The position numbers and the translations under genes are program-made. Positions 33,650 to 60,712 of a stretch of 64,000 nucleotides of DNA are shown here, one piece after another. Below the pieces are notes generated by a model, which saw only the letters and a list, made by a program, of their open reading frames with translations, did not search any database and was not told the DNA's origin. Source of the stretch: Hormiphora californensis (lineage: Eukaryota > Animalia > Ctenophora). Location: assembly GCA_020137815.1 (NCBI GenBank), contig CM035352.1, forward strand, positions 8,122,001 through 8,186,000. Reading direction: 5' to 3'. Numbering within the stretch: position 1 is the stretch's first letter; every line of letters begins with the position of its first letter.

Positions 33650-36600
33650 TTAATTCTGTCGCACCCACATAGCATTTGAACCGTGATCCCGGATGTAGTC
33701 TCTAATCTTTACAAATATCTCGTCCATGGAGTCTCCCGTCATTATAGCTGAAGAGGGGTGGTTAGTGGTTAGAGAGGGGTGGTTAGTGGTTAGAGAGGGG
33801 TGGTTAGTGGTTAGTGAGGAGTGGTTAGTGTGGTTAGCGGGGAGTGGTTAGTGTGGTTAGAGAGGAGTGGTTAGTGTGGTTAGTGGTAAGTGAGGAGTGG
33901 TTAGTACTGGGTCACCCAGTACAAAGATTTTGCTATAAATCAAGAATTTAGTTAGCAGCAAAAATCATATCAGCAAATGTGCCGAGAGGTACATAACAGC
34001 TATATACCTGTGAAGCGATCACTGTACCCCCGTTCCAGTTTGTGCGCCTTTTCGAAGACTTTCTGTGCCTGTTCAATGGAGCAATTTCCCTTGAACTGCT
34101 GCTTAATGTCGTGGGGGGATTTGAACTTGACAAAGAATACAATAGGGAAGAGGTCACAGGAATTGAGTCGCTCAATCGCGTGTACTCCAACATTCAGGAC
34201 ACAGTGTTGTTCTTGCATTGCAATCTGAGTGGAAGAGAGAGAGGGGGATTAGATTGTGGTTAAGGCGGACCGGGTGGAAACTGGGAAGAGAGATGGGATT
34301 GCGGCAAATATATGAAAAAGCTTGGAATGGAGAATTTTAAAACTAGCGATACTGTCTTTCAAGTTTGAACATTCCCAAACTACAGCTACACTGACCTCTT
34401 TGATAGCGTTAGCGCTGTAATAATAAGTGAATCCACCCATGTGTTTGCACTCAACAAATCGATCGTCATTCTTGCCCGCTTGGATATCATCTATTACCCT
34501 CTGAAATGTATTGGAGGTGTTGAACTAGGAGCGGGAAACAAGCTGTGCACCCAAAAATTAGGTGAATACTTGGTTACCATGGGTTACCACACCCTGGTTA
34601 ATGTACCTGGTTAACGAAGTAGTAATCTCTTCCGTTCATTTCGTTTTTGTTGGGTTGTCGAGTTGTGTAAAGGATACACCTTCTAAAGGTGTCTGTAGCT
34701 TCCTGTACCAGCCGATCGTTCAACAGCTCAGTAAGGGGCCCTAGAGGATGGAAATAACAATTCAGTTACGGGCCCTAAAGGATGGAAATGATATTTAAAA
34801 CTTGCCGATATACTCAACTAATTCACTAGCACATGTTTGTTTTGGTTCTTGTTTTAGGTAATTTTGTTTTTGTTGGACCTACCCAGAATAACGATGGGTC
34901 TTGTGAACCGCAGGTCCTTCCTCACCACAGGCTCATAAGGCACAATATCATTAGCATACTGGTCCTCCCCTGCACCGCCCATACCATCTCCTCCTGCCCG
35001 CTGATCCTTCTTAAAGGCTCCTAACAGCGACTTCCTGCCCTTCTTCCCCGGCTCCTGCTGCTCTGGTCCCTGACCGGTCTTCATCTGAATGTAATGGACA
35101 GCCCGGCCATGTGAGGGGATCTCTCCACATTGGATGGCAGTAGCGCCCCTCAACAACAACCCCAACCACCACCCCTCTCGCTCCATGCTCTCCCTATCAA
35201 ACACTTGGAGGACATCACCCTCCTTGAAGGAGAGCCCGTTCTCAGGGGATCCATGCCACGAGAAGAGAGACCGGACAAAGAATCCGTTATTCATTGACAT
35301 GTGCATCTCGGAGAAAAGTCGGGGACTCTGCTGTACCATGAGTTGTAGATTGGTATTACTGGAGAGAATTCCCACGGCTTGATCGTGGTTTGCATTCCTC
35401 AGATTGCTGCCGTTAACCTCCAAAATCTGGTCAGCACACCGGAGTCCTGATCTGTAACTGAGACCCTGTTTATCACACTTGTTGACAAAGATACCACTGC
35501 TTCCATGTGTCGCAGTGTATATCTCCATTCCCAGTGATTCCTTAGTGTGGTGCCTCCTAATGTTGACCCTCCTGATGGGGTATGATGGGGTATAGGCATC
35601 AACTGCAGGGGGTGGAGCCCAGTCGGATGATCTGGATCTCTGTAACTCGTACCCCTGATCTGGCCTGTTCTTCAGGAGATGTCCCTGGGAGGCTGACCTC
35701 TTAATCCTGCTATCCTGGGGAGCGGGAACAGCAGCTGCAGCAGGTGGGGGTACCTGGTAATGTCGGTCATCGTGTAACATAGGTGTACTACCAGCCCTGT
35801 TCATACCCCGGGTATCCTTGAAATTAGCAGGGGCTCCGAACATGTTGGGGTCTTTGGACCTGAGATCCTCAGTGGACCTCCCCCTGGCTCTATCAAACTG
35901 GGGCGGTGGATCATCACGGGGTTGGTAGAGAGAGAAGGGTTTAACCACTCTCAACACACAGTCATCCTCTAGGACAGATAGCAGGTTCTCAGCGTATCTC
36001 CTGCTCACACTAACAACATTCTTACTGTTGATGGTGAGGATCCTATCTCCCTGGGTGATGGTTCCCTCCGCCTCCGCAGCACCACCTGTTAGCACCTTGG
36101 CAATGTAAATTCCGGGATCTTGTGTGACGTCGTCGCTCTTCCCCCCGATGATACTGAACCCTAGCCCACGCTCCAGGAAGGGTGATAGTACCACTTCCCG
36201 GATGAGGTGGGGTGGGAATTTCCTTCGGATCACTAGTTCAATATACTCCTCCGCGCTTTTTAGTGTGTTCACAGCGTGCTGGTGAGGTACCCTGGAGAGA
36301 TCATTGCCGTTGACTGAGAGGATCGCATCGTCCTTCAAGAGCACCCCATCACTAACTCCACCTCGCTGAACCTTTAGCACATAAATATGTGAATCCTCGG
36401 GGTTGTCTTTGTAATGTGGATTATCAATACCACCACCGATAGTAAACCCAAAGGAGGGAGACCCAAATCGAGCCTTATCAAGTGCTATCACCTTGATCTC
36501 ACTCCTCCAATCCCGCTCGATCTCGTCCTCATCTTCTGCGGGTGGGGGTGGTGAGGTGACGGTGGGGGGAGCCCTCTCAGGAGGGGGTGGTGGAGCTGCT

Positions 36601-39600
36601 GACTGGACGGGCTGGGCTTGTTGGACCTGTACGGGGGCAGGAGCTGCTGGAGCCCTCTCTAGGGTGGCAATATCACCGTGTAGCTTCTGTATCTCCTCCA
36701 AAGCCTGCTCGTGATCCGCGTTAAGGCTGGTGTTCTCGGTCGTTAAATGTGCTACCTCTGCCCTCAACTCTTCCACCTCACCATAACATTTCTCGTAGTC
36801 GGAGAGAGCGGCTGCTCTATCTGCTGTCAGTTGCTCCACCTGTTTCTGTAGTGTAGCTAACTGCACGGTTAGGGAATCAGTCGCATCCTGGGCAGCTGCA
36901 TCTCGATCTGAAACTTTCTTAAACTCCTCCCTGAGTTTTATTAGACTTCTCTCAGCCTCATTACATCTCGCCTCAAAGGAATCCGTTATCTTCTGCTGGT
37001 TAGCAAGGCTCTGTCTCAGTGATCTGATAGTCGCATCTTTCTCCGTATCAGTTCCAGCAGCTGTCTGTTTTGCTGCCTCCAGTTCAGCGATTATTCCCTC
37101 TCTCTCGTGTATTAGATGCTCAATGTCACTTCGCATCAGCTCATTTTGTTCAAACAATTTCTCTCTGTCGCTCTTGATGTCGTCTGTACCAGCCACAGCT
37201 GCATTCAGCTGGTCCCGGACCATGGCATTCTCAAATGCAATGTGGTTCTGTGGAGAGGAGGGGGACGTGTGTTAGACAGGGGTGGCGGAAACGGGGGGGG
37301 GGGGAATAAACATATATTGAGGGGTTCAAGGAATGCAGGTTCTTAACTAAATGATCACATTGACCACCCCAAGGGGCAAGGAGGTGGGGGGGGGGGTACG
37401 AACCTTCTCATCAGTCAGCTTTGAGATCTGTTGGTTGAGTTGAGATATCTTATCATGGAGGTTCCGTATCTCCGCACTGTCCCCACTCATTCGGTTCATA
37501 GAGAGAGTGTTCTAGGGAGGAGAGACATATTGAAATCACTGGTAGCAGAATTATAATATAGCATGGAGAGTGCTCTAGAGAGGAGAGACATTTGAAATCA
37601 CTGATAGCAGAATTATAATATAGCATGGAGAGTGCTCTAGGGAGGAGAGACATTTTGAATTCATTGGTAGAACTCTACGAATCTATAGTGGTACTACTGC
37701 ACAAGACCTGGTTTTTGGTACGCTACTACTGCAGAAGTGGTATGAACTGGTGTATACAATACACACACAAAAGGTTGCTGCTGTTGCACAAAACACACAC
37801 TCTCTCTCTCAGCATGTTTACATTTAGCTGTAAACACACACACACTGCACACGATCTAACGATGGTGGAGGTAGTTAGCTTTTGACTCCTTGGTGAGTAT
37901 ATTATTATAAGATCATCACTTTACTAAACCGGTACAAGATGAGAATATATGTCAACAAAAAACCGCACCCCCCTTCCCCACAATGATAGTGATCAAACCC
38001 CCAAAGCGTTGTCATACATTACATGACAGTAATGTTGCACACGCTGTGAGAATTAACTTAACCTCACCAGGCCTGTGACCAAACCCCCATGGCGACCCCA
38101 TGATAATAATGACCCCACAGACCTCACCTTTTCTTGTAGAGCAGCATCACGTTCCCTGGACAGTGTTCTAGCTTCCTTCCTGCTTTCATCAAGTTCATCC
38201 TGCAGCTTCTCAAACTGAGCCAGAGGCACACTCCCACTGGACAACTTCTGGGCGTGCTTCCTGAGGAGGTCACAGCTGAGCTGTCTGTCTATCCGTTTTT
38301 TTTTTTTAATAACTAATTTAACCATCTATGTAATTCGTTAACAAAAAAAGTTGTTTATTACCAAACAAATGTTTCACCGTTAGTGACAAGTGATGTGTCG
38401 TTAATTTATTCAAGATGGAAAACAAAATATAATGATTGAGCAGTGAATGTATTGGCTGAGGACAAACCTCTCTTCTTGTAGTTCCTCACGGAGCCTCTCG
38501 TTCTCCTTTTCCATCCTAGTCTTATCCCTTCCATCCCGTCTTCTGTCTTCCTCCACCAGGTCTCGAGCGTACACGGCATCGTTAAATTTCCGCTGGGGAA
38601 CAATAAAATTTAATTGGAGAGACAACAATTCAAAATCAGTTGAGGGGGGGGGGGGGTAACTAGTTATGTGTTTGGCATGTGTCTCCATCAAGTCAGTCAA
38701 TCCTTTCTTTGTCCTTTTGCATGTAGAAATACTGCAGTCTGTGTATCTGTCTGTTTGCAGTAGTATTGCAGTCGGTCTGTCTGTCTGTCTGTCTGTCATT
38801 CACCAACCTCAAGTTCATCATAGTCTCGTTTCAACTTCTGACTCTCCCTTATCGCCTCCTCCTTCGCCTTCTCAGCAAATTCCTTATCCTCTATATGCTG
38901 GGCCACCTCTCTCTTACTGACAGCAGTATTCTTCATCTTCTTCAAATACTCGTTCTCCTTCACTAAGATACTCTGCTCAGTCTCCATAGCTAACTTCTCA
39001 GTTACAACCATATCCTTTTCACGCTCCAAGTTCTCGTTTTTACTCCGTAACCGGGCTATATCTCGAGCTAGCTGGCTGTCAGTAGAAAACCGTTCCAGTT
39101 CACCGATCTTGGATTTGAGGCCGTCGACCTCTTTTTGTAGAGCGTTGTTTTTATCTTGGAGGTCCTTGAGTTTGTCGCTGTCTCCCTGGAGAGATAGAGG
39201 AGGGGAGACTAGGGTGGGGATTGTTATTCATGCAAGTTGGGTATTTTTTAGATGGGAAATACAGGAACCCCTACTGTAACAGTAGGGCCCTACTAGCTAG
39301 TTGGTGAATTAATGGCACACTGCAAGCACATTACATTGGAGATAACTGGTATAATTGTTTTTAGAACAATTACAAATGAAAAAGGGGTGAGGCAAGTGGA
39401 GAGGTGTGAATTGTGACCAGTGACGATAATGGGGCTTGCAATGACGTAATCATACCAGAATGGGAAGCAGGGTCCCTCTATAGCCCTGCGCGCACTGACC
39501 TAGTGCTGACCACTGCACCATTACTTCAGGAGTTAAGTGCGCGCACCCTCCAACTAGCCAACACACCAATTCAAAATCCAGGGCGGAAGGAGAGGGGGGA

Positions 39601-40424
39601 TGTGTGAGAGAGCGTGACATGTGGGCCGTGATGGGACGTAATCACGATGGAATGTGGACAGGGTGTTTATGATTTGGTCAACACAGAGAGGTATATCTTC
39701 CTCTCTCTTGAGATGAGGCATCAGCATATTGGAGGAGAGGAGGGGGGGGGGGGGGTCATTTGTTGTTACTCAGGAGCAATATATTGAATGTGATGACAGA
39801 TAGTAAATCCCAGGGGGACATGTGTTTTCATCCCTCTCTCTCTCTCTCTCTCTCTCATTATCTCCCCATTAACTCACCGTGACTCGAGGGGGCACGACGT
39901 TCTTCGGTTTTGGCATAATCTTGGGAGCAGTAGTAGGTTTGTATTCGGTGTTAGTGTTGTTGTTAGGGAGGCTCGAGGTACTTTTCCGGGGGGCCGCTCT
40001 GGGAGGAGGGGGTCGTGGAGGTGCATTCTCGTCCTCTGAACTTGTTTCTAGGGGGAGTTGGGTGTGAAGGGATATATGGGGGAGTATGGGGTTAGAATCA
40101 TATAGTGTGGGGGTTAGGGTAATTGCCAAGAGGGGTTGTACTACCTATGATCAGAAATTATTAGCCGTCATATCAACGAACTGGAGAGAGTTGTGTGGTC
40201 GAGGAATGTATCAGATTTTGATAAATTTAGATTTCTCAACAGATGGAGAGAGGAGGGGGGGGGGAATGATCTATATAACGTATTCTTAGCAGTTAGCAGC
40301 ATGTCACAGTGTGGTGGGAGCTCCCTCTCTAAACCACACCGGGAGGGGTGCATGTTCCCTTACTCACATTTACCCTTAGCTTTAAATGTCTAATTAGAGA
40401 AAGCTAGGACGGGCGGAGAGAGAT

Positions 40425-40463
<39 letters not shown>

Positions 40464-42796
40464 AAATAGGTTCGCTTCCTCTCGCAGTTTGTTTACGTTT
40501 CCTGACTAGCTAATTTGACAACCTACACCCTCTCACACAGCACACATATGCTCAACGGGAAAGCGATGGTTCAGGATGGGAAAGAGAGAGAGAGGGTGGG
40601 AGAGAGGGTGGGAGATAGGGTGGGAACAACGGAACCTAATGGGATCCCACGACCCACAGAGCCTAGTAACAGATGTTATACATGTAGTGTATCTCCCAGT
40701 AATAGAGCCAAGTAACATTACGTTGTCAGGGGCAACTGATAATCGGCACAGGCCACAGCTGCTGTACGAAATATGTTGTCATATATATCCAGTATAACTT
40801 ACATATAATATGTAAACGTACTCTTAGTGGTACGGTCTTAGTGGTACGGTCGACATTTAGTCAATTAGTTAGTCAATTAGTTATAAACTAGGTGCAGTTT
40901 AAAAGTCGGTCTAGTAGTAGCGTTTAGCATGTAAGCTGAAAAGCATCATTCCTAGCAGTAACTCACTACGTTTAACTCTGGGGCTAGTGTGCCAGTATAG
41001 AGGGTGCTCTCCTTGACTTGAGTGACCTAATAAAATACAACTAATGACCTAATAAAATACAACTAGGTAGTAACAAAATTTTTAATCTCTTATCTAGCTC
41101 GCTTTCTCTCTCTCACAACTAGGAGTGAGGGGGTTAAATCATATGAGATTCAAATGATCACATTTTAAATATTCTGTGAAGTGTGAGAGTCCACAGCATG
41201 GTGTTCTACCTCACAGCTCACTGCTCTCTTTCTCTCTCGGTCTCATTTCTGCCTTCTGGAGAGTGGTTAGCAGCACATGTAGTATCATGTTTCCTACACA
41301 CACAACAAAACAAGATCCCCTGCTCAGGTTTCAAACAAGTCCAGAGACTCTGGGAGCACACTATAGAACATAGTAGGGACATAGTATTGACTGCAGTTAA
41401 CAGGATGTGCGATGGCTGTCTGGCGGCGCCGACTCAATTTAAAACACTGTTGAGAAACAAAACAAGGTCTGGTGCCGCTATATATTTGCTTCATGTGCCT
41501 CCTGGTGTTTAGCTTTTGGTGTTACCAATATATCGGAGACCATGATACGGTTACAGGCAAGACCTTTTGTTTCAATTGCACGTTGGCTTTTCTTTGTGCA
41601 TTGTGCACACCTTTTATCTTTTCTCTCTCATTTCTTTTACTTTCTCCGATACAGAAAACAATGATCGTATTGAAACTATAGGGCCTATCTACAACTGTTA
41701 GCCGCTAGAAGTATCTAGAAAGTATCTCTAATAATGCACACTGGTATGGAGAGAATGTATCTAGAAAGTATAAAGTATCTCTACTGCACACTGGTATGGA
41801 GTGAATGTATCTAGAAAGTATAAAGTATCTCTAATAATGCACACTGGTATGGAGAGAATGTATCTAGAAAGTATAAAGTATCTCTAACGCACACTGGTAT
41901 GGAGAGAGTGTATTAGATTCAATGTGTAAGCTGTTCTTGTATCAAAAACATGTTCTATTAATGTTAGACATGAGATTAGAAATGATACATAACTTGTAGG
42001 CATGTAATGAATCTCTCAACTCAGTCAGATCTTCTATATTGCTGTCTACTGCAGGGCACACAGAGAGGTGACAAGCAATCTCATGTCGCATTACACACAC
42101 ACACACACGTCATTAGAGAAATGGGTGAAATGGGTGAGAAAGCCCAAGAAAATCGAATCCTTTAATAAAGAAAAGAGAGAGGGAGACAAAGAGAGAGAAA
42201 GAGAGAGAGACTAAAAAAGAGAGCGAAGATGTATATTGAAAAGGAGAGCAGGGCCCTATTCGATCCCCTTGTACGTATTGTAATGTTGATGATCAATACA
42301 CTACTTATTCCATTTGCACCGCTGTACATTAAATGTCCTTTGCACCAATCTCGGTAAATAGTCTACACACATCATACCTTGTTCAGTATCAAATATGTAG
42401 AGAAGATTAGGGTAGGACCGTTCAAGGCACATCTTCAGTAGTTTATCCCCATTCTCCATCCTCTTCAATCCATCCAGCAACTTCTCGTTCTTCCTACAAT
42501 TGAGGGGGTGATTGTGGGGTCTGGTGTCAACTTGAATGATAAGGCGCTTGAATAATACTAATCTCCACTTTAATTTCTAATTGGTATCGACTATCGTCAA
42601 TAATTAAAATTAACAGTAACAACATAACAGTAGCCTGATGCGAAATGTTAACCACTCACTTTCTGATGGTCAGCTGTCTCTCCACCTCGGTTATCATATA
42701 TTCAGGCATATCACTCCTGATGAATGGGAGAACTCGAGCCACCCTTAACTCCCGGAGGAGAAGGTCCCTGTTGGCGAGGATCACTGACTGTGGCAT
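33650..42796 (-). CDS. DLG5: DLG5-like MAGUK: CARD-like, Pro-rich, coiled coil, 3 PDZ, SH3, guanylate kinase
   Basis: Exons 42796-42660 (MPQSVILANRDLLLRELRVARVLPFIRS) and ~42494-42378 (LLDGL...CLERSYPNLL) look CARD-like. 40047-39898 is Pro-rich. Coiled-coil exons at 39187-37405. Large exon ~37247-34883 has PDZs (FGFTIGGG, GLGFSIIGG, SLGMEI) and SH3 (FFVRSLF...LSFKEGDVL...WW). GK exons 34742-34009. Last exon ends NAMWVRQN*. Confidence 0.85.
33752..33905 (-). repeat. CTAACCACT-based repeats upstream of the last MAGUK acceptor
   Basis: Plus-strand GTGGTTAG repeated many times next to the acceptor at ~33748. Confidence 0.85.
37500..37660. repeat. ~61-bp triplication overlapping a MAGUK acceptor
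   Basis: GAGAGTG(T/C)TCTAG(G/A)GAGGAGAGACA... three times. The first copy contains the acceptor at ~37512. Confidence 0.8.
41710..41912. repeat. ~50-54 bp tandem repeat (~4 copies)
   Basis: GCACACTGGTATGGAGAGAATGTATCTAGAAAGTATAAAGTATCTCTA repeated. Confidence 0.85.
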
Positions 42797-43384
42797 ATCA
42801 CCTGGACTTCATCCTATAGAATAATGTTGTATTATTAACAAGATAGAAAACGATATAATGGTACTAAATCAAATAAATTGACAGATGTTGGATTAGTTTG
42901 TGTGGCTCACACCGCATTTTATTTCATAGCGTGCTCTGTGTTTCGGCCAGGAGATCAAGTATTAGTTTTTCAGAAATACTTGTTAACAAGGGCCCAGGTA
43001 AAGCCTTACAGATTAATTGTGACCATAGTAAGGTATAAGAGAAGCTCATTGTAACGGCTGGGACAGAGATAAATAAATGGTAAGTGGATCGCCCTATTTA
43101 ATAACTAATTAAAATCAACTTGGTACACACGAAACCTGAGCTACAAAAACTGATTGAAGAATTAATGAACTACGCAATGAGCTACGAAACCTTTATAGTG
43201 CTAAGACACTTTGAAGTTTGAACGTCACATTTTTGCAGAGAAATCCCTAACGACTGAGGAGACCCCTTCAAGTACAAGTAAGTAAGTATTGACTATTCCA
43301 TCATTTTCTGCACCGTTTCTTACCGTTTCTTATCATACCCTTTCCCTATCTAGCATCTACCCCTAGTAACTAGAGACCTGATCA

Positions 43385-44100
43385 TTATTATTTATTTATT
43401 CAATCTAATTTGTATACATTGAATCACAATCTTGCGGGCAAAATGATTTTATCATTAAAAATACTATGATGACTGGGGTGATGTTTAAAGTCCGTTTCAA
43501 GCGACTTGACCCGTAATTCTTGGAATTTGGCGCATTGCGCGTGTATTTACAAAGGGGAAATCCAGAATTTCCAGGAATCTCAGGTCAAGTCGTTTGAAAC
43601 GCACTTTAGGGTGAAGCAGTCACAGTCAGAGGGCATTACCGGTTAATCGCCCCAGTCCCCACAAACAGGGGGTGGGGAGTGCAAAGTTTTCAGGGGGACA
43701 AAAGTTTCAGTTTCAGTTTTCAGAAAATTAAAGGGGGGTGGCGGCCAACATCGGCCTGAATATAAATAGGTGTAGACACTTAACAATGATAAAAACTGTA
43801 ATAAATTAAATATGAAATGAGTCTATTGCCCCACTTGATATAGCTGCTCGTCCCTGTTGCCCTCGCCCCTCAATCTACCCCGATGCCCCCTGATGGAAAC
43901 AGTTATTGATCGCACCATGGCGAAAGATAGCCTGAGTCGAAGATAACGGATGCATTGGTCGTAGGTGTATCCCGTTTTCTTAGCTTTCTTATCGGCTAGC
44001 TGTTTCAGTGTCTTTTTGAATTCCCGACCGAGACCCCCCGTCGTGGACATTACCAGAGGTGTAAATGAAGATTTTTCCACTTCAATGACCCGATGAAGGT
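43385..44100 (-). mobile_element. 3' fragment of a CRE-clade (restriction-like endonuclease) non-LTR retrotransposon
   Basis: RVIEVEKSSFTPLVMSTTGGLG...YLRLRLSFAMVRS...IRGHR resembles the C-terminus of CRE-like elements. Followed on the minus strand by a 3' UTR and an (AATA)n tail near 43385-43400. Confidence 0.7.
43486..43608. mobile_element. Small palindromic MITE
   Basis: TAAAGTCCGTTTCAAGCGACTTGACC / GGTCAAGTCGTTTGAAACGCACTTTA, 2 mismatches in 26. Confidence 0.65.
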
Positions 44101-45341
44101 AGCCAGTCTTTTTCTCTTGGCATACGTTGCAGGCCCCTTATAATATAATATAATATAATTGAGGGGGCTGCAGCGCATTCCAACTTTTTCTCCCTCTCAT
44201 GTTTTTCATTGCCTGGTTGGATGCCAGAAAATTGCAATAAAGATTCGATCACGCGCTCGATGCAAAGTGTTTCGCGCGCGTTCAAAATTGCAGCATATTC
44301 TTCAAGAATACGCGACCAGATCGCGAATCTTTTAAAACTGAGGTTTAATGTCACACTCACAGCGACTTCGGTCCTGTATGGCGGCGCCATACCCTATTTG
44401 ATTATCAAATTGCGACAGTTTGGTCAGAATGTAACAAAAATACCACCAGTGCAGCAGTTTCAAATGTTACTTGGGTTCCGTTTATTATTTCCATTTCCAA
44501 TAAAATTAAAGTTAAACGCTTTTGGTTTCGGTTTGATAATTTTAAAATGAAAATAACCATATTGTTATATATTTTTCATACAACATGCCAAAAAAATATA
44601 CTAAATTAATGCTCATTATTGTTGAAATGCCATCGGAATCGTTTTAAAGCGTTATTATATTAGGACTTGTTAGATATATTGTCAGTGCAAGAGTGTAGAC
44701 ATTTAATTTTCAATCCATAAAACCCTTAAAGTAAATATGTCAGTGTATTTTGAAATGTATATAGCTGTAACTAAAACTGTTTAAGTGGCTAGACATGATC
44801 ACTCCTCTACATTTAATTTAACAAAAAATGGAAATATGTAAACCAGGAAACATATTCTACTGTGATTCAATCCTCCAACATTGCACACATGACACACGAG
44901 TGTAATATATTACACAAATAATCACAAATGCCCACCTATTTACACCTAACAGTAAGCTAGTATACACAATAGCAGTTGCCTAATTAATATATATAATTAT
45001 CGCTTTTTCCAAACAAAAAACGATTAAACGGTGTGTTAATGATTCAAATAAGTTTAAAACGCGTTAATTTAAATAACCAGGCTTCTTCAACATCACACCA
45101 CTCGGTACGTGGTAACCATGGCAACGCAAGCACAATACTGTCTGGCGACGCCGACCTGATATACGATCAAAATGGGGTGACGCCAGACAGGCACAATATG
45201 AACCAACTGTGCGGCACAACGAAGAATGAAGCAAAATATCTCTCCCACAATAACGGTAACAATGTGACCACAGTCAGGTCACATCTCATCAGCAGCCCCT
45301 GTATAATAACACGCGGTGTTTCTGAATGTCCATGTGTGTAT

Positions 45342-59559
<14,218 letters not shown>

Positions 59560-59716
59560 TGCAAAATAGGGGAAGGTTATTATAGGGATGAAAGAGGGGA
59601 CGAGACAGGGGGAATGATCAGGGCTTATTATATATAGTGAAAGAGGGGGCTAGAGAAGAGAGGGAAATATGGGCATGTCAATGACCAAGAGAAGAAGAAT
59701 GACACAGTGAAACGAT

Positions 59717-59808
<92 letters not shown>

Positions 59809-60712
59809 GGAGCAAGAAATAGATTAAAGAGGTGGTAAAGAGGAGCTAGGAGTGGAGGGTATAAAAAAGGATCGACAGGTGGCCATGCAAGGGGCACTAA
59901 AATTATATTTCAGACACATTCATCCGATAGTGATACCTTTAAGTCCCGATGAACTATGTTATTGGCATGACAATGCTGCACGCTGTCCAGAATTTGCTTG
60001 TATACACACACTGGGAGGGAAGTTTGCGGTTAGAACCTGTCACATCACCCCTCACACACAACACAAGATGGGGCACATTGTGCTTGCAGCAGCGAGTATT
60101 GACTGGCCGCTAGATCCGCGCGCACGTTTTTTGCCGCGCATTGCGCATTACGAGATTGGTGTTGGCGCGTTACAGCCGTGCTCGATTAGGGCGGCGGTGG
60201 AGAGGCGTACCTGGCATCGTGTTCGCTGTAATACTCCCGTGCCACGATATCATCGAATAGCTCCCCTCCCGTTACCCTGCAAGTGGAATGGAATTGGGGG
60301 GGGGGGGGGTGCAGTAGTACTATAATACATTAAATTGTAGTCTGAAGAGAGGGATTTCCTAATGACGATGTACAAACTACAAGCCATATAAAGCACTACA
60401 ACTGGTGTATCAGAACACAGGGAGGATACGGAGGGAGGGGGTGGTCAATGTTTAGGTGACAATTTGAATATAATAGGGTCCCTCAGGTCATAAGTAGTAG
60501 TTTAGGGAAAAGGGATTGGCTCCCAGCGAGTCGGTTCATATGTACTTAAACTTTGGCGGAAGGTTTTACGTCAAAGTACTAAAAGGTCCCTGCTATGACG
60601 GGTGACAACTAAAAATTGATAACATAAGATCTTGCCTTTTTTGGGTACCAACGGGTAAAGATTAAAAATAATCTGCAACTGATAAATTACTTAGTACCAT
60701 GTTTACATGAGG

